Positions 29,351 to 43,342 of a stretch of 64,000 nucleotides of DNA are shown in pieces. Each line of letters starts with the position of its first letter. Within the stretch, counting starts at the first letter, position 1. The notes beneath the pieces were generated by a model. The model did not search any database and was not told where the DNA came from. It worked only from the letters and a program-made list of their open reading frames with translations. Both the position numbers and the translations under genes were made by a program. This stretch comes from Bigelowiella natans CCMP2755 (lineage: Eukaryota > Protista > Cercozoa): NCBI GenBank assembly GCA_000320545.1, contig ADNK01000423.1, forward strand, positions 83,431 to 147,430. Reading direction: 5' to 3'.

Positions 29351-30102
29351 GAACAATATCCAGAACTGTTTCAGTAAATATTGCATACAACTATATGTTC
29401 TACGATTATTCTTCCCGATCATATTCACTTGCCCAAGCTTGTTTGTTTCTCTTGAAAGGGGGGCGGGTTATACATATTTCAAACAATTGTCTGTCGATGC
29501 AAAAACATCATCTTCAGGACAGCTACTGCCGACTTTTTCTTTTTCGGTTGCTTCCTGGGCTGCTCTAGATCGTAACTCAACCTGAAAGACAAAACAATTG
29601 GCTTAGTTAATCACCCTCATCATCATCATCATCATCATCATCATACTGCAAGAATTTCGTTGATAATTAGGAGGAGGCAGCATCAACATCACATTGCTTC
29701 AAGACAGACAACGAAGAAGGAGAAGAAAAGGAACAAGAAGGTAAAATCTCTTTTAGCAGAATGTTCATCATCATCATCACCATCATCACCTCCACCACTA
29801 CCTTGTAGATAGTAGTTCCAAGAATTACGATAACAAATCCAATGAAGAGGAGAGTGTAAACCACAAACTTCAAACATGTGTTTTGCGCAAGAATATACCT
29901 ACAAAGTATTGCTGCATCGATCAAAATCTATTTACCAAGGTGCTCCCCAAGGAATGGATAAATAAGTGAGTTTAAGGTGGATGGTTCATCATTACGCTGG
30001 ATCTTTGTCGCCAGCTCCTGTTTTCGCCTTTTTGATCCCAATGCTATCCAGGAGACCCCGAGAGGAATCTCGGAATGTTTTCCGGCCTTTGAACGGAATC
30101 AT
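21492..30102 (-). CDS. Uncharacterised single-TM (type II-like) protein split into about 25 small exons
   Basis: Minus-strand AG..GT-bounded exons: YILAQNTCLKFVVYTLLFIGFVIVILGTTIYK (TM), VELRSRAAQEATEKEK, VLSRLEERNAHHKLIESHMSLRDALKGQ, AQDLIAEMDR, LEEARYHDFFIREKG, ERYRVQVVVEQVFK, YNTNNDVYEAMDGIEDLM, KISARFRDRIWERSWR, DAQKADDALLQAQ. Start, stop and several junctions are not resolved. Confidence 0.55.
21740..22200. repeat. CTAG/CATG/AGCT-rich island (apparently inside a 3' intron of the minus-strand gene)
   Basis: Same word bias as the other islands (gtagctaggtag, gcgctagctac, catgctagcatg, ccagctagcc, catctagacatg). Confidence 0.45.
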
Positions 30103-30299
30103 GATGATTCACCAGTTCTTGTTACGAACACATGAACAATCGATGCGAAATTCAAGCTTGAGCTCGTGGTGATGATGATGATGATGATGATGATAAAGAA
30201 GATCTGTCACGATGTGGTGGTGATCTGTGAGGCCACTTACCAAACTACTGAAAACGGCCTCAATGAGCAACTTACGACATCATTCTCCGCAACTGATCA

Positions 30300-30900
30300 C
30301 TCAAAAAACACGGATAGGTGTTTGGGTTTCAAGCGATCTTGCGTGCAAGTCGAGCACAGTCGATCTACATGGACAGTGCACAGAGACAGTCAGTGTGCCT
30401 GAATGATGAATGAATTGCAACACCCCATGCAGACACCGCCGGGAACCATGGCATGCAATCTAGCAATGCTGGAATGATCATTGTGGCCACAGAACATCCC
30501 AATAATCTAGCCATCAGCAACAACATTGCACGACTACGACGGCGTTAGCGTTCCAACAGTTTCTGGGTTTGCATGGAAGCATTTGCATGCTTCTTGGAAC
30601 TTCTGGACTTTTTGCCATCCATTTGGATCGGATTACCGTGCGTCTTGCGCTGCAACAGTGTGTGCGCCTCACGTTTTTCCGACCGCGTGCATGCAGAGGT
30701 TGCTAGATTGGGATGCACACACTAGCACAGCATGCTAGCATGGAGCTTGACTCATGGGCATGCTACATCGAGCAACGAGCTAGCAATGTGCGTGTAGACT
30801 GTATGAAACTCAATCAGTAGCGATGCATCTACTGGTGAGAGATCAATTTGTCGAATCCATGCAGCACAGTGACATGAATGTGTGGAAAATGTCTTCATGC
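30300..30900. repeat. Palindromic-tetramer-rich island downstream of the metallophosphoesterase gene
   Basis: actagcacagcatgctagcatgg, gagctagcaatg, many TGCA/CATG words, few non-CTAG TA dinucleotides. Confidence 0.45.
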
Positions 30901-30908
30901 AGACAGAC

Positions 30909-33380
<2,472 letters not shown>

Positions 33381-33537
33381 CTTCATAGAGGCCTATGTAG
33401 CAAGGCGGGATTCGTTAACCTTGACTGGGTAAATTATTCCCGATGATTACTGTTTGTGCGTCAGTGTAATTAAAGTACAGAAATCTACGACAGTATCACG
33501 ATACGATCACCTCAGGTGAGTGGGCCCATCATTAGTT

Positions 33538-34279
33538 ATGGTGTCGGAATCTCCTACTCATCTCGAGAGAGAGTCTCTCTCCAATGGTACTCTCATCTAC
33601 GCAGATCTATTATTGGAGCACACAACACTACTACAGGTACTGGGATTTACTTACGGGTATTATTTTACCTTAATCTCACCACTACTACCCTCCCTTAATT
33701 AAATTATGAAATATTTAGTAATTAATAATTTCGGATGAGCTACGTAATTACTGCAGTGTACTTGTAGATCTAGTACTTGCATCACACTTTGTTCGTGCTT
33801 ACTACTAGGTACTAGACAAAGGAAGGACAAGGGGGGGGGGGAGGAGGTGGAGAAGGAAAAGAAAAGAGTATCTTTAATTTGCCCCACTTCTCCCAGCCTT
33901 AACGGTTGTGAAACTCAACGTCTCAATATCTAATATAAAATGTCTCCTGTTCTCTTACCACTGCTCAGCAAACGACGTGTTGCAACGTGCATTCATTGAC
34001 AAACATTGAAGATAATTCAAAATTCTGGATATCCTTCAACAAGAATAGAGAAAGAAAAGTTGCGAGAAAGCATGGTCGTCGAGTGTATGAAAAATAAGGA
34101 TACAGCAGTGTTCGCAAGAAAGCATGCTCGAATAATAATAAAGAGATACTACGGATGATGATGTATTCAAAATAAGTTATGATTTAGTAATCACATCATC
34201 CTATATCCTTAATATTACTTTCTAATTGGTTTCAGCAGGTCGTGAAGGGGCCGCTGAGTTCATTTTCTTCATCGTCATT

Positions 34280-34314
<35 letters not shown>

Positions 34315-36563
34315 TCGAATGGGAGAGGGATGCTAAGGGCTTTTATGATCGTCATTTCATCGTGCTCTTTGTGGCTGCATTGATGTACTATCCTGTTATT
34401 CTTGGGATAAAATACTTGATGAGAAACCGGAAGGCATTCGACCTAGGAGGCGCAAAATCGAGGGCAATGGTAGTAATAGCGATGATGGCGAAAAATAGTT
34501 AAAAAAAAAATAAGAACAACCAAAGTAAAATAAGAAATGCGCCGTAATATGCAATTTTGCTTGTATGAAGGTACTAAAAGTGACGGCAACAATGACATAG
34601 CAAATATGACGTATTTATCTTTCTTTTCCTTTCCTGTATCGTCTGAGAATAGTCTCCTACTACAACATACATGATGACAGGTAAATTGGATTTTTTGGTG
34701 GGAAGCTAGTCTTGCAGCTTTCTCGTTTGTTGCAGCTACTCAAGTGGTGATTCTATTTGTGTAGCAGCATTAGGGGGGACTTACTTGCTGGGGAAGGAAA
34801 GAGGGTTGAGTGTCTGATCGATTTTTTGTTATCTAATTTAAATAAATCATCATAAATCATCGTTAACCCTTACTACCTCTCTGTTTACCGAGGATATAGA
34901 CGCTTAGAGACTACGTACGTATACTTTGTATTATCATCATCTTAAGGTGCCACTAGCATTGGAACCACTCTATGAGCAGGTTGAACGATATATTGATATA
35001 ACAATATACATCATTATACGACGAAGTAATAGTAGCATGAACAAAATACACACACACACACACACACACAAACATATATCACATGCATAAGTAGCTGCGT
35101 GTATTATTATTACACCGTAATTAATTGTCAAGGGTTTGAGCTGGTCTGAGAGTATCTGCAAGCTCAGAACACATGACGACCCTCGTGCATTTTGGATGTT
35201 CCTCTTCAATCTTTCAAAGGTACTAAGTAAGTACTAGCAGGCAGCAGGCCATTCTTCTTGCTCCTTTCTCCTGCTCAACCATTATCGGAGAGATATTTAA
35301 ATGTTAAAAATTTAGATTTCTTCTCATTTTCACACAACACCGCCATCAGCTAGAAAACTTCTCATCTTCTTTGTTGTCGCTTTTGTTGTCGCTTTTGTGT
35401 GACTTTCCTTCAGGTTTTCGAATTTGGAGATACGGTTTTGGTAGTTTTGAGAAAGAAAAAACTAATTATGTTGCAGGTGATGGTAGTGTATGAATTATTT
35501 ATTGTAATTGAAGAAGAAGCAAAAGAAGAACAAGAAGAAAAAGAACACGAAGAAGAAGAAATTCTTTCAAGCTGAAATGTTGTCTGTGTTATTATCCTTG
35601 GGTGCTGCTGCTGCTGCTGCCCATTGCACTCATAAGCATTACTGAAAATAACGGGGGATAATTATAGTAGGAGTAGTAGTATACGACTAGTTTTTAACCA
35701 AACACTGCATGCTTATCTAATATACCCATGATATCTTCTCTCACGGAACATATAATTATTTCCCACGGTTGTAGTCACTAATGATGTTAAAAAAGCGAAT
35801 GAAAGAATCCTTCTGCTGCTACTACTATTACTACTCTGCTACTGCTGCTACTACTGCTACTATAACTGCTACTACTCACTACAATTACTACGACTACTAC
35901 ACTATCAGCATTACCACCACCTTGCGACGATGATCTACTGCTGGTATGCTACTGTTATCACTTACAGGTACTACCACTTCTACTGCTTGCTGGTACTACT
36001 ACCACCTTTAAGTGTCTATTCCTACGTTGTCAATAATAAACTATGGCTACTTCCCTCTCCACCACCACCACAACCACCATCACCACCAATAGTTGTTGTA
36101 TGTGTTGCACTATAAACTTCCAATTTTGCTACATCTTTTCTCTAAAATACCTGGGTTACTTTATGAACTTTATGATCATCATAGAGAATTTTATTTGAAA
36201 ATATAATATAATGATCATCAGTACTCAGCGACGACTACCAAAAATTAGAGGCTACTGGATCTCTCACTGCGTCATCTTATTTTCAATTATTTGCTATAAA
36301 TCATGACTTATTATACCAGACTCAACAACACGAATCCTTACTTTGCGGGGATGAATCTCGTTGTTCATAGCATCATGTATACTTGGTAATCAAACACCGT
36401 CTGGCTGTGTGTTTTTAAGAGAAAGAGACAAAATGAAAGGGAGGAGGAAAAGAAGAAGAAGAAGAACAACAACAACAGTTGTATGTTGAGATTCTACAGA
36501 TATGCAACAGCTACTGTCGTCTAACTTTTGCTTACAGTGCTTCCTTCTTTAAACTTATGCGCG

Positions 36564-36594
<31 letters not shown>

Positions 36595-37251
36595 ATAAAC
36601 ACGGTGAGGAAAGTAAAGAGGAAGAGAGAGAACACGTACATAAGGAAAATGATTTTTGTTTTTTCTTCCCCTCTTTTTTGCCTACGTTGTCATGTTCGTT
36701 GTCGTCGTCGTGATACAGGTATGCAGCCACTCGTACAGGATGGAAATCACCTCGTGTTGTCATGATTTTTATCACACTAATTCAACTAAGTAATAGTAGT
36801 AGTAGTAGTAGTAGTAATATTGCATAACGTTCAAAATGTTGAGCACACAATGTTTAGTTGGAGGGAATAGTAATATTGCATAACGTTCAAAATGTTGAGC
36901 ACACAATGTTTAGTTGGAGGGAAACATTAAATTAAAATTATATTTATGTTCAAAAAATAGAATTATATACGTGAATAGGCACGTAGAGAGATACAAAATA
37001 CATAAATAGCGATGGTGACAAGTAACCTAATGAATCATAATTCGTACCAAAAATGATTTACCTAGTACAAATGGTTGGAGGAATAATATTTGTCTTCATC
37101 TCAATCTTCGGTAAAAATTCACTCATAATTGCAACGAGTTTCTTTGGAATTACTAAGTGCACGTATGATGTATATACGGCTATGCGAAATTGAGGAACTA
37201 CTCAAAAAAGTTCATCGTTTTTGGGTGGAAAAGTAATCCAAAATATATTGT

Positions 37252-37309
<58 letters not shown>

Positions 37310-37883
37310 CTTTCTGTTCTCTCCCTCTGTCTCTCTCTGTTCTCTCTCCCCCTCCCTACCCCCATCATTACATCTCATTTTATTTACTTCCCTGCTCTGT
37401 TCTGCTGGTTTTTCCCTTGTGTAGGAGAGCATGAGTCATGTGGGATGTGGTTGAAAAGAGAACCGTATGGCCTAATCGCATGCGTATTCATGTAATAATA
37501 AGCTAGAAAGCATGTATACTTTATGCTCCTCCTCGTCTACTGCTGTATCATCATATACTGAAATTAATGGGGGGGGGTTACTCCGCCTCTTCTAACCTAC
37601 AAACCTCTCGTTCTTACTGGAGAGGGAGGAAGGGAGATAGGGAGAGAGAGAAAGCAGGGATTGGGGGTAAGTCCTTCTGATTGTTTGGCCCTCCATTTTT
37701 TTGAATTTTTGCTGCAGCAGAATAATGTCTAAAATCTTCTTGATACGATATTAATTTGTCATATACACGTTATCGTGCATATGTATATACAGGTATGCTT
37801 CGTTCCTCGTGCTATTTACCGAACTCTTTGTAAATAATTACATTCTCAAGAAGAAGAAAACATTGAAAGACAAGACTGCCTGA
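33538..37883 (+). CDS. GNS1/SUR4 (ELO/ELOVL) fatty acid elongase, about 12 exons
   Basis: FNLSKVFEFGDTVLVVLRKK (KxxExxDT), LIMLQHYHHLAT (variant His box), MNLVVHSIMYTWYA (NxxxHxxMYxYY), ITLIQLVQM (TxxQxxQ), MYASFLVLF, C-terminal KDKTA* (KxKxx ER-retrieval). Confidence 0.92.
36812..36923. repeat. Perfect 56-bp tandem duplication in an elongase intron
   Basis: tagtaatattgcataacgttcaaaatgttgagcacacaatgtttagttggagggaa occurs twice, directly after an (AGT)n tract. Confidence 0.9.
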
Positions 37884-37904
37884 GCTGAGCTATTTCAGAA
37901 AAAT

Positions 37905-39110
37905 CTATTTACTTGTTCTGCTTGCTCGAGAACACACATTGCACCCAATGCTAGCATGCAATGTGCGCCTCGGCGCGCCACTACTTGTAGCATGCGCTAT
38001 TTCTTTGAGCATCGTAGCTTTTGCCTCGTCGTACGCGAGTTTGGCTAGCATTCCACCGTTAAGTTTTCGAGTTAATGCGGGCGTCGTCGCAGTCTCATGA
38101 ATCATGTGCAATTGCATGAATACAATTCATCAGGCCATGCTGCAGCACTAGAGCGGGACTTCCAGAACCATGGCTGTCTGCGCGGCCCCGCGGATGACTC
38201 AATCCATTCCAGCATTCAACATTCTCTGCGCGATCCCATTCTAGCATTTAAACTGAGACGCTCTGTCACGCTCAATCCTTTGTTTGTCACAGCTTGCAAT
38301 TGGACTCTTGCGCAAGCCTGCGCTGTCAGCACATGCATGTGGAAGTTCGAAGAACTTTTGAGAACATTCGAGAAGCTCCTTCGGAAAGCTCGAAAAAACT
38401 CCTTTTGGGTTCCGCCGGAACCGAATGCGTGTGCATGCAACACAAGTTGTGTTGAGAATCAACACAGAATTCAAAACTAGAAAAGAACAACAAGTTGCCA
38501 GGTGACCTTTCTGTGTGCATCAAACATTGACAGTCGACACCACGCACACACAAACAAAAACGTTTTTCATTGCAAGTGTCCACAATGTGCTTCACAATGA
38601 CAGCAGCAAGAATGGAGAAAGAAAAACTACTGACTGCAAGTCATCTGGCATGTTAGCTAGTCATCACCAAATCATTCAGCGGACTGACGACTCAGTCAAA
38701 CAAGAAACTGACTGACTCTCACCATGCTAGCATGACTAGCTGCAGCTAGACGCGTTCCACACGTGCTAGCGTGACATTGCACATGCTGTCGATCACCAGC
38801 TAGCTAGCCAGCATGAAATCGGTCACACATGCTAGCACAGCTCTAGAGCTGCAGAAATGACAAACTAATGCAACGTGACATCTAGACATTGATAGCAATG
38901 TACGTGTAGAGTCAAGGTCATGCTAGCATGCGCGGCACTACGTACGCACGACGCATTTACCTACTAAAAATGACACTAAGGTGTGTAGCTGGGTGCACGT
39001 CTGACGTCTTCACTTAGCTTGAGTGCGAGCTAGCTCTAGCAACGTAGTAAGGACACACAGTGCGCAGCAGGTGTGCATGGTGGCACATCAAACAAATTCA
39101 CATGTATTAC
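37905..39110. repeat. Palindromic-tetramer-rich, TpA-poor island between convergent ELO and eIF2-gamma genes; probable decayed element
   Basis: catgctagcatgactagctgcagctagacgcgttccacacgtgctagc and similar. Short internal repeats (ttcgaagaa/ttcgagaa/ctcgaaaaa at 38345-38400). No credible ORF. Confidence 0.55.
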
Positions 39111-39192
39111 TGGGATGTAGTGCGACCATTTGGTTATTTAGCAAAAGGGGCAACATAATAATAATCATGCATCCTTTTCTGGCTAATGAGTA

Positions 39193-41064
39193 TCATTTTT
39201 TGGATCTTTTCCCACTGCTACTGCCTATGGGCCGTCCTCTGCGAATCGTACCCCAGCCTATCAATCTCCAATGCTTATCTACACGTCGACTAATAGCTAT
39301 CTTCTCTCCCTCTGTGCTGCAAACAGGAGCTGTGAGTTTAACTTTAGCGAGATCGTCTTTTAAAGCGTGGATTTGAGCTCCAGTTGAACTTGATCCAATG
39401 TTCAACATGACAATTTCCCCTTTAGAAAGCTTTTTGATCTTGGTCGCCTTTTTCTTTGCCCTCTCCTCGCTCTTAACCCCAAGTAACCTTCGCAGAAGGA
39501 AATAACTGATCTCTAACTCGGTAAATATCTGCGGTAGAGTACCTACAGCCCCTAACACCTGGCCTACGAGACGATCTGCTCTTGTCAGAGTAGGGTCGAT
39601 CTTTGTACCAACACCGATGAGCCCCCCCGGCACCGCAAACTTAAGTGCATTTTTCTCCGTGTATAGACCCATCACTCTTGAGAAAATTGGAATACATTTC
39701 ATTTTGCCATCCTTATCTTTCGTGATAATTCCAGGACGGACTTCTATTTCGTCCCCAACTTTTAGAACACCCCTCAGAATGCTCCCCCCGGCGACCCCTC
39801 CCTTCAAATTTTTCACCTCTTCACCAGGCTTGTTTACATCGAAAGATCTAATGACAATCAACTTTGGAGGGGACGTGAAGTCTCGCACAGGGATTGGAAT
39901 CTTTTTGCATATGTATTCGAGAACAACGTCAATATTATGCTTCATTTGCGCCGAGATGGGAATAATAGGAGAGCCATCTGCAACAGTTCCTTTCACGAAA
40001 TCTTTTATCTCTTCATACTGCGAAGCAGCGTCTTTCTCTTTCACAAGGTCGATCTTATTCTGAAGAATCAGAATATTTCTCAATTTCATCAATTCGACAG
40101 CAGCCAAGTGCTCTGATGTTTGAGGCTGTGGACAGGGCTCGTTACCAGCAACCAACAGCAGCGCAGCGTCCATAACAGCTGCACCGTTCAGCATGGTGGC
40201 CATAAGAATATCATGCCCTGGACAGTCGACGAAAGAAACGTGTCGTTCCAAGACAAGGGGTTTTCCATCGTGGGTAAGGCCCTCATCTTGCGAACCGCTT
40301 CCAAAGGCGTAGTATCCTCCAGGCCCAGGTTGGCCGGTACAGGAGTAAATTTTGGCATTAGCATAACCCAACTTGATTGTGATATTCCGCACCAGTTCAT
40401 TCTTGAAACGAACGGTGCTAAGCCCCGAGATCGCGCGAACGACGGTGGATTTCCCATGCGCCACATGCCCAATTGTCCCTAACCAGAGTTGAATCGTTCA
40501 AACATTGTTTTTAACAATTTCATTTTAATAAGAAGAACCTATGTTAATTGTAGCCTGACGACTCATAATCACGGGGTGTAACGGATGCAGCTTCTTCACA
40601 TCGAAGTCTTTCATGAAAGCTTCATGGTCTGAAAGACCGTCTCCTTTAACCCTACAACATGTAATGTAAATTAATCTGCATCTCAAACATGTGGGATTTT
40701 CAGAATCTCTCAACCGTCAAACAATGCTCAGGCAGGAAATGAATCTGGAAAAAGATTGCGCTGTGGGAACGTAATATCTCAGTTTGGAAGAGGTGTTGAA
40801 ATTTCTTATTCTTAAAATGATGTGAGGTCGTCATGTTCATGAAGAGATCTTCACATTAAGAGACGACAAAGCACGATCATTACTGTTCCTCATTTCGTGA
40901 AGAACTATGAGCAAATAAAAATTTATCCTTTACTCATTGTTTTGATACTGCATCAATTCCAGGGCAAAATTAAAAACTCTTTTTAAAAAAAAGCAAGAAG
41001 GCATAGGGTGGGGTGGATGCTAGGCCCACTCTTTGTCAGTCATAGTTCGGGGTTTGTGCTCCAT
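39193..41064 (-). CDS. EIF2S3: Translation initiation factor eIF2 gamma subunit, 3 exons
   Basis: SRQATINIG|[61 protein letters not shown]. The start is either 41064 ([12 protein letters not shown]) or 41043. Confidence 0.97.
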
Positions 41065-41459
41065 TCAGCCATCAGTAGAAGCAACATCTTCACTTTGTTC
41101 TTGCAATATGAGTTAGTATTAACTGAATATTCTCTGTCTTATGAGAAGATTCAAGGGTAATTTTCCATTGCATGTTCTCGGTGATCATTTACTAACTCTG
41201 AAAGCAGTTCCGCCAAGAACGCCCCGTGACATTCTCAGACTCAAGATGCAGGTTCTTGTTCCCTGACGCTTGTGCACTATCGCTTATTACGACTAAATTG
41301 CAACATTTCAGTAAATTTATCAACTAATTAGGTCCTAATCTCAGCTCTCATGCGAGTAGTTGTGCTCCTTCGATTGTGAAATTAATGACACCTTTCTTGC
41401 GTGAATTCTCAAAATTACCTGCAATTGCTGGTGATTTTTGAAACATCTAAAAATCGCCG

Positions 41460-43330
41460 CCAGGCCCGGTGTTAGAATTTCCCCGTGAATGTTTCGGTGG
41501 AATTTTCTCTGAAAACATCATTGATTCGAGCAGCACAGGCAGCAACCCAGTCGTTTCCGCACACACTGTTTCAAAGGGGGACTTTGCCGTCCTCTAGCAT
41601 GAATGTTTTGTCGCAAGGATGGAAAAACCAAGGGCAGCCCGCCCCTGCCTCCACACAGCCAGAATGCCAATTTTTCAAACCCAGTCAGTCAACAAGCAGC
41701 AGTCTAGCAGTCCTCACCAAAGCTAGTTCGAGGCACTGCGTTTCGTGCTTTGCAAACGTCATGAAACACTTCAGAGATGTGGTTCTTCATCATTTGTTTG
41801 TTTGCTTGCTTGAGCTGTCATCCTTTCAACCGCCACTTGATTGCTGGAACGAAAGTTGCGAAGTCTTCTTCGTTTCAGAATCAGAATCTGTCAACCTCAT
41901 TCTCAAGAAACTCAGGCGAGAAGAAGTTTCAATCAAGCAGTGCGGATGATGCCAAAACACTGACCAACGTGGAGGTCATTGAGGAAGGAGGCGAAGAAGC
42001 CAACGCACAGCTCCAGTGCTGGAGTGCTGGAGTGGCAGAAGTGGACGTGGCAGAAGTGATTCCAGTGAGGGAAGGAACAATGCAGAAAGTTCGTGGTCAC
42101 GATGCTGGAATGGTTGACAGGGGAGGGTAGAGGGGCGGGCAGTTCCAAGTCCGCACTGACAGCACTGCTCCAGCAACGCGGCTCCTTTTGGCCTTCCCAA
42201 CCATCGTGGTGTGAACTTCGAAGTCAGGTTTTGCTTTGTTCACACTTTGGTGCGGGCTGCGGGTCCCAATCATCGTGAGAACTGGAGAATGCGACTCTGT
42301 CAGCCTGACCCTCCGCCTCCAAACCATTCCACTGGAACGTTGGAACTTCGCCCTCGTTCACTTGCTCGTTCACTCACGTTTGTTGCTTGCACGTTCACCA
42401 CTTTGGTGCTTTGGTGCGCACCAGCGCCAGAGCGTGCATGCGGGCAAGTCAAGCACACCCAGATGCGCATTGCCTCGCGTCTCTGGATCTGATCTGACCA
42501 GCGTTTCCTTCACGTGCGATCCGGATCGTCACTCTGGCTGGCCAAATCGTGCTAGCGTGCCCTGACGCACCAGCCCAGCAGCGCACACCAAGCGCAACTT
42601 TGCAGGCCAACTGTCTCAGCGCTAGCTCGTGCCTTCTAGCCTGGCTAGCTGGCGGGCTGCTGTGGGCTAGCGGGTGTGAAACGAACCGCCACGCCAGCAC
42701 ATGTCCCTCACTTTTTCTTCAATTGCTCTGGTGCTCCTCTTCTGCCAGTCTGGTCTGTTCTCATTGTTCACAGAGGATCGAGGAGGACGTGGGTGAGTCA
42801 GCACACACGCTGGCACGACTGGACGACGACGATCCTTTCGAATCAAGCACTGGAACCGCTTCGCTCGTTCGCTGGTCACACTGGCATGATGTTGCTGTGT
42901 CTGTTGTTGGCTAGCTAGCTAGCTGGTTCGTTCATCGCATTCATTGGGCTCGATCGTCACGAAGTGCACTTGCTGGCTTTTTCAATCTCAGTCTGGCGCA
43001 CGTTGCGCTCACGCTTGTTGATGCAATGTGGCGGACAAGCCAGCGCTGGAGCGAGAAACGTGCACGTCACACGTCACATGGATCATGATGGCGACACTGG
43101 AGGCTTCACATCACATGCCACAGTGTGAGCGATGACTCATGATCGATGGCACACTCGTGATGACGACACACCTAGCAAGACATGCATTGATGTTGCGTTG
43201 CGTTGCATTGCGCACGTCATGCTCATGCATCTAATGCACGTGGACAAAGCATTGAAATGTCTAATTTGTTCAGGCCCACAAATCAAATCTAGATGCACGG
43301 ACAGATCAGTGGAAACGATGGAATTCATTG
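41460..43330. pseudogene. GC-rich, TpA-depleted relic (decayed transposon, viral or gene fragment)
   Basis: About 16 TA dinucleotides in 41481-43320 (13 in CTAG). A broken minus-strand reading frame at ~41700-42150 is His/Cys-rich, lacks Tyr, and has TGA stops. Confidence 0.55.
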
Positions 43331-43342
43331 GGCGCATTTGCA

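Noticed and set aside
14491-29568. Dozens of short ORFs with poly-L/S/M/Y/H, ERER or IYIY runs
   Set aside because: These are translations of intronic microsatellites.
39617-40482. Plus-strand and alternate-frame ORFs over eIF2-gamma, and those over the FHA exon
   Set aside because: Antisense or shadow ORFs of real coding sequence.
41700-41940. In-frame TGA codons suggesting recoding or selenocysteine
   Set aside because: They occur only in the decayed relic. Real genes in the window use TGA as a stop (ARP6, ELO, eIF2-gamma).
41460-43330. Classic RIP or simple CpG decay; intact transposon or gene
   Set aside because: RIP raises TpA whereas TpA is depleted here, CpG remains plentiful, and no intact ORF or recognisable transposase/RT motif is visible.
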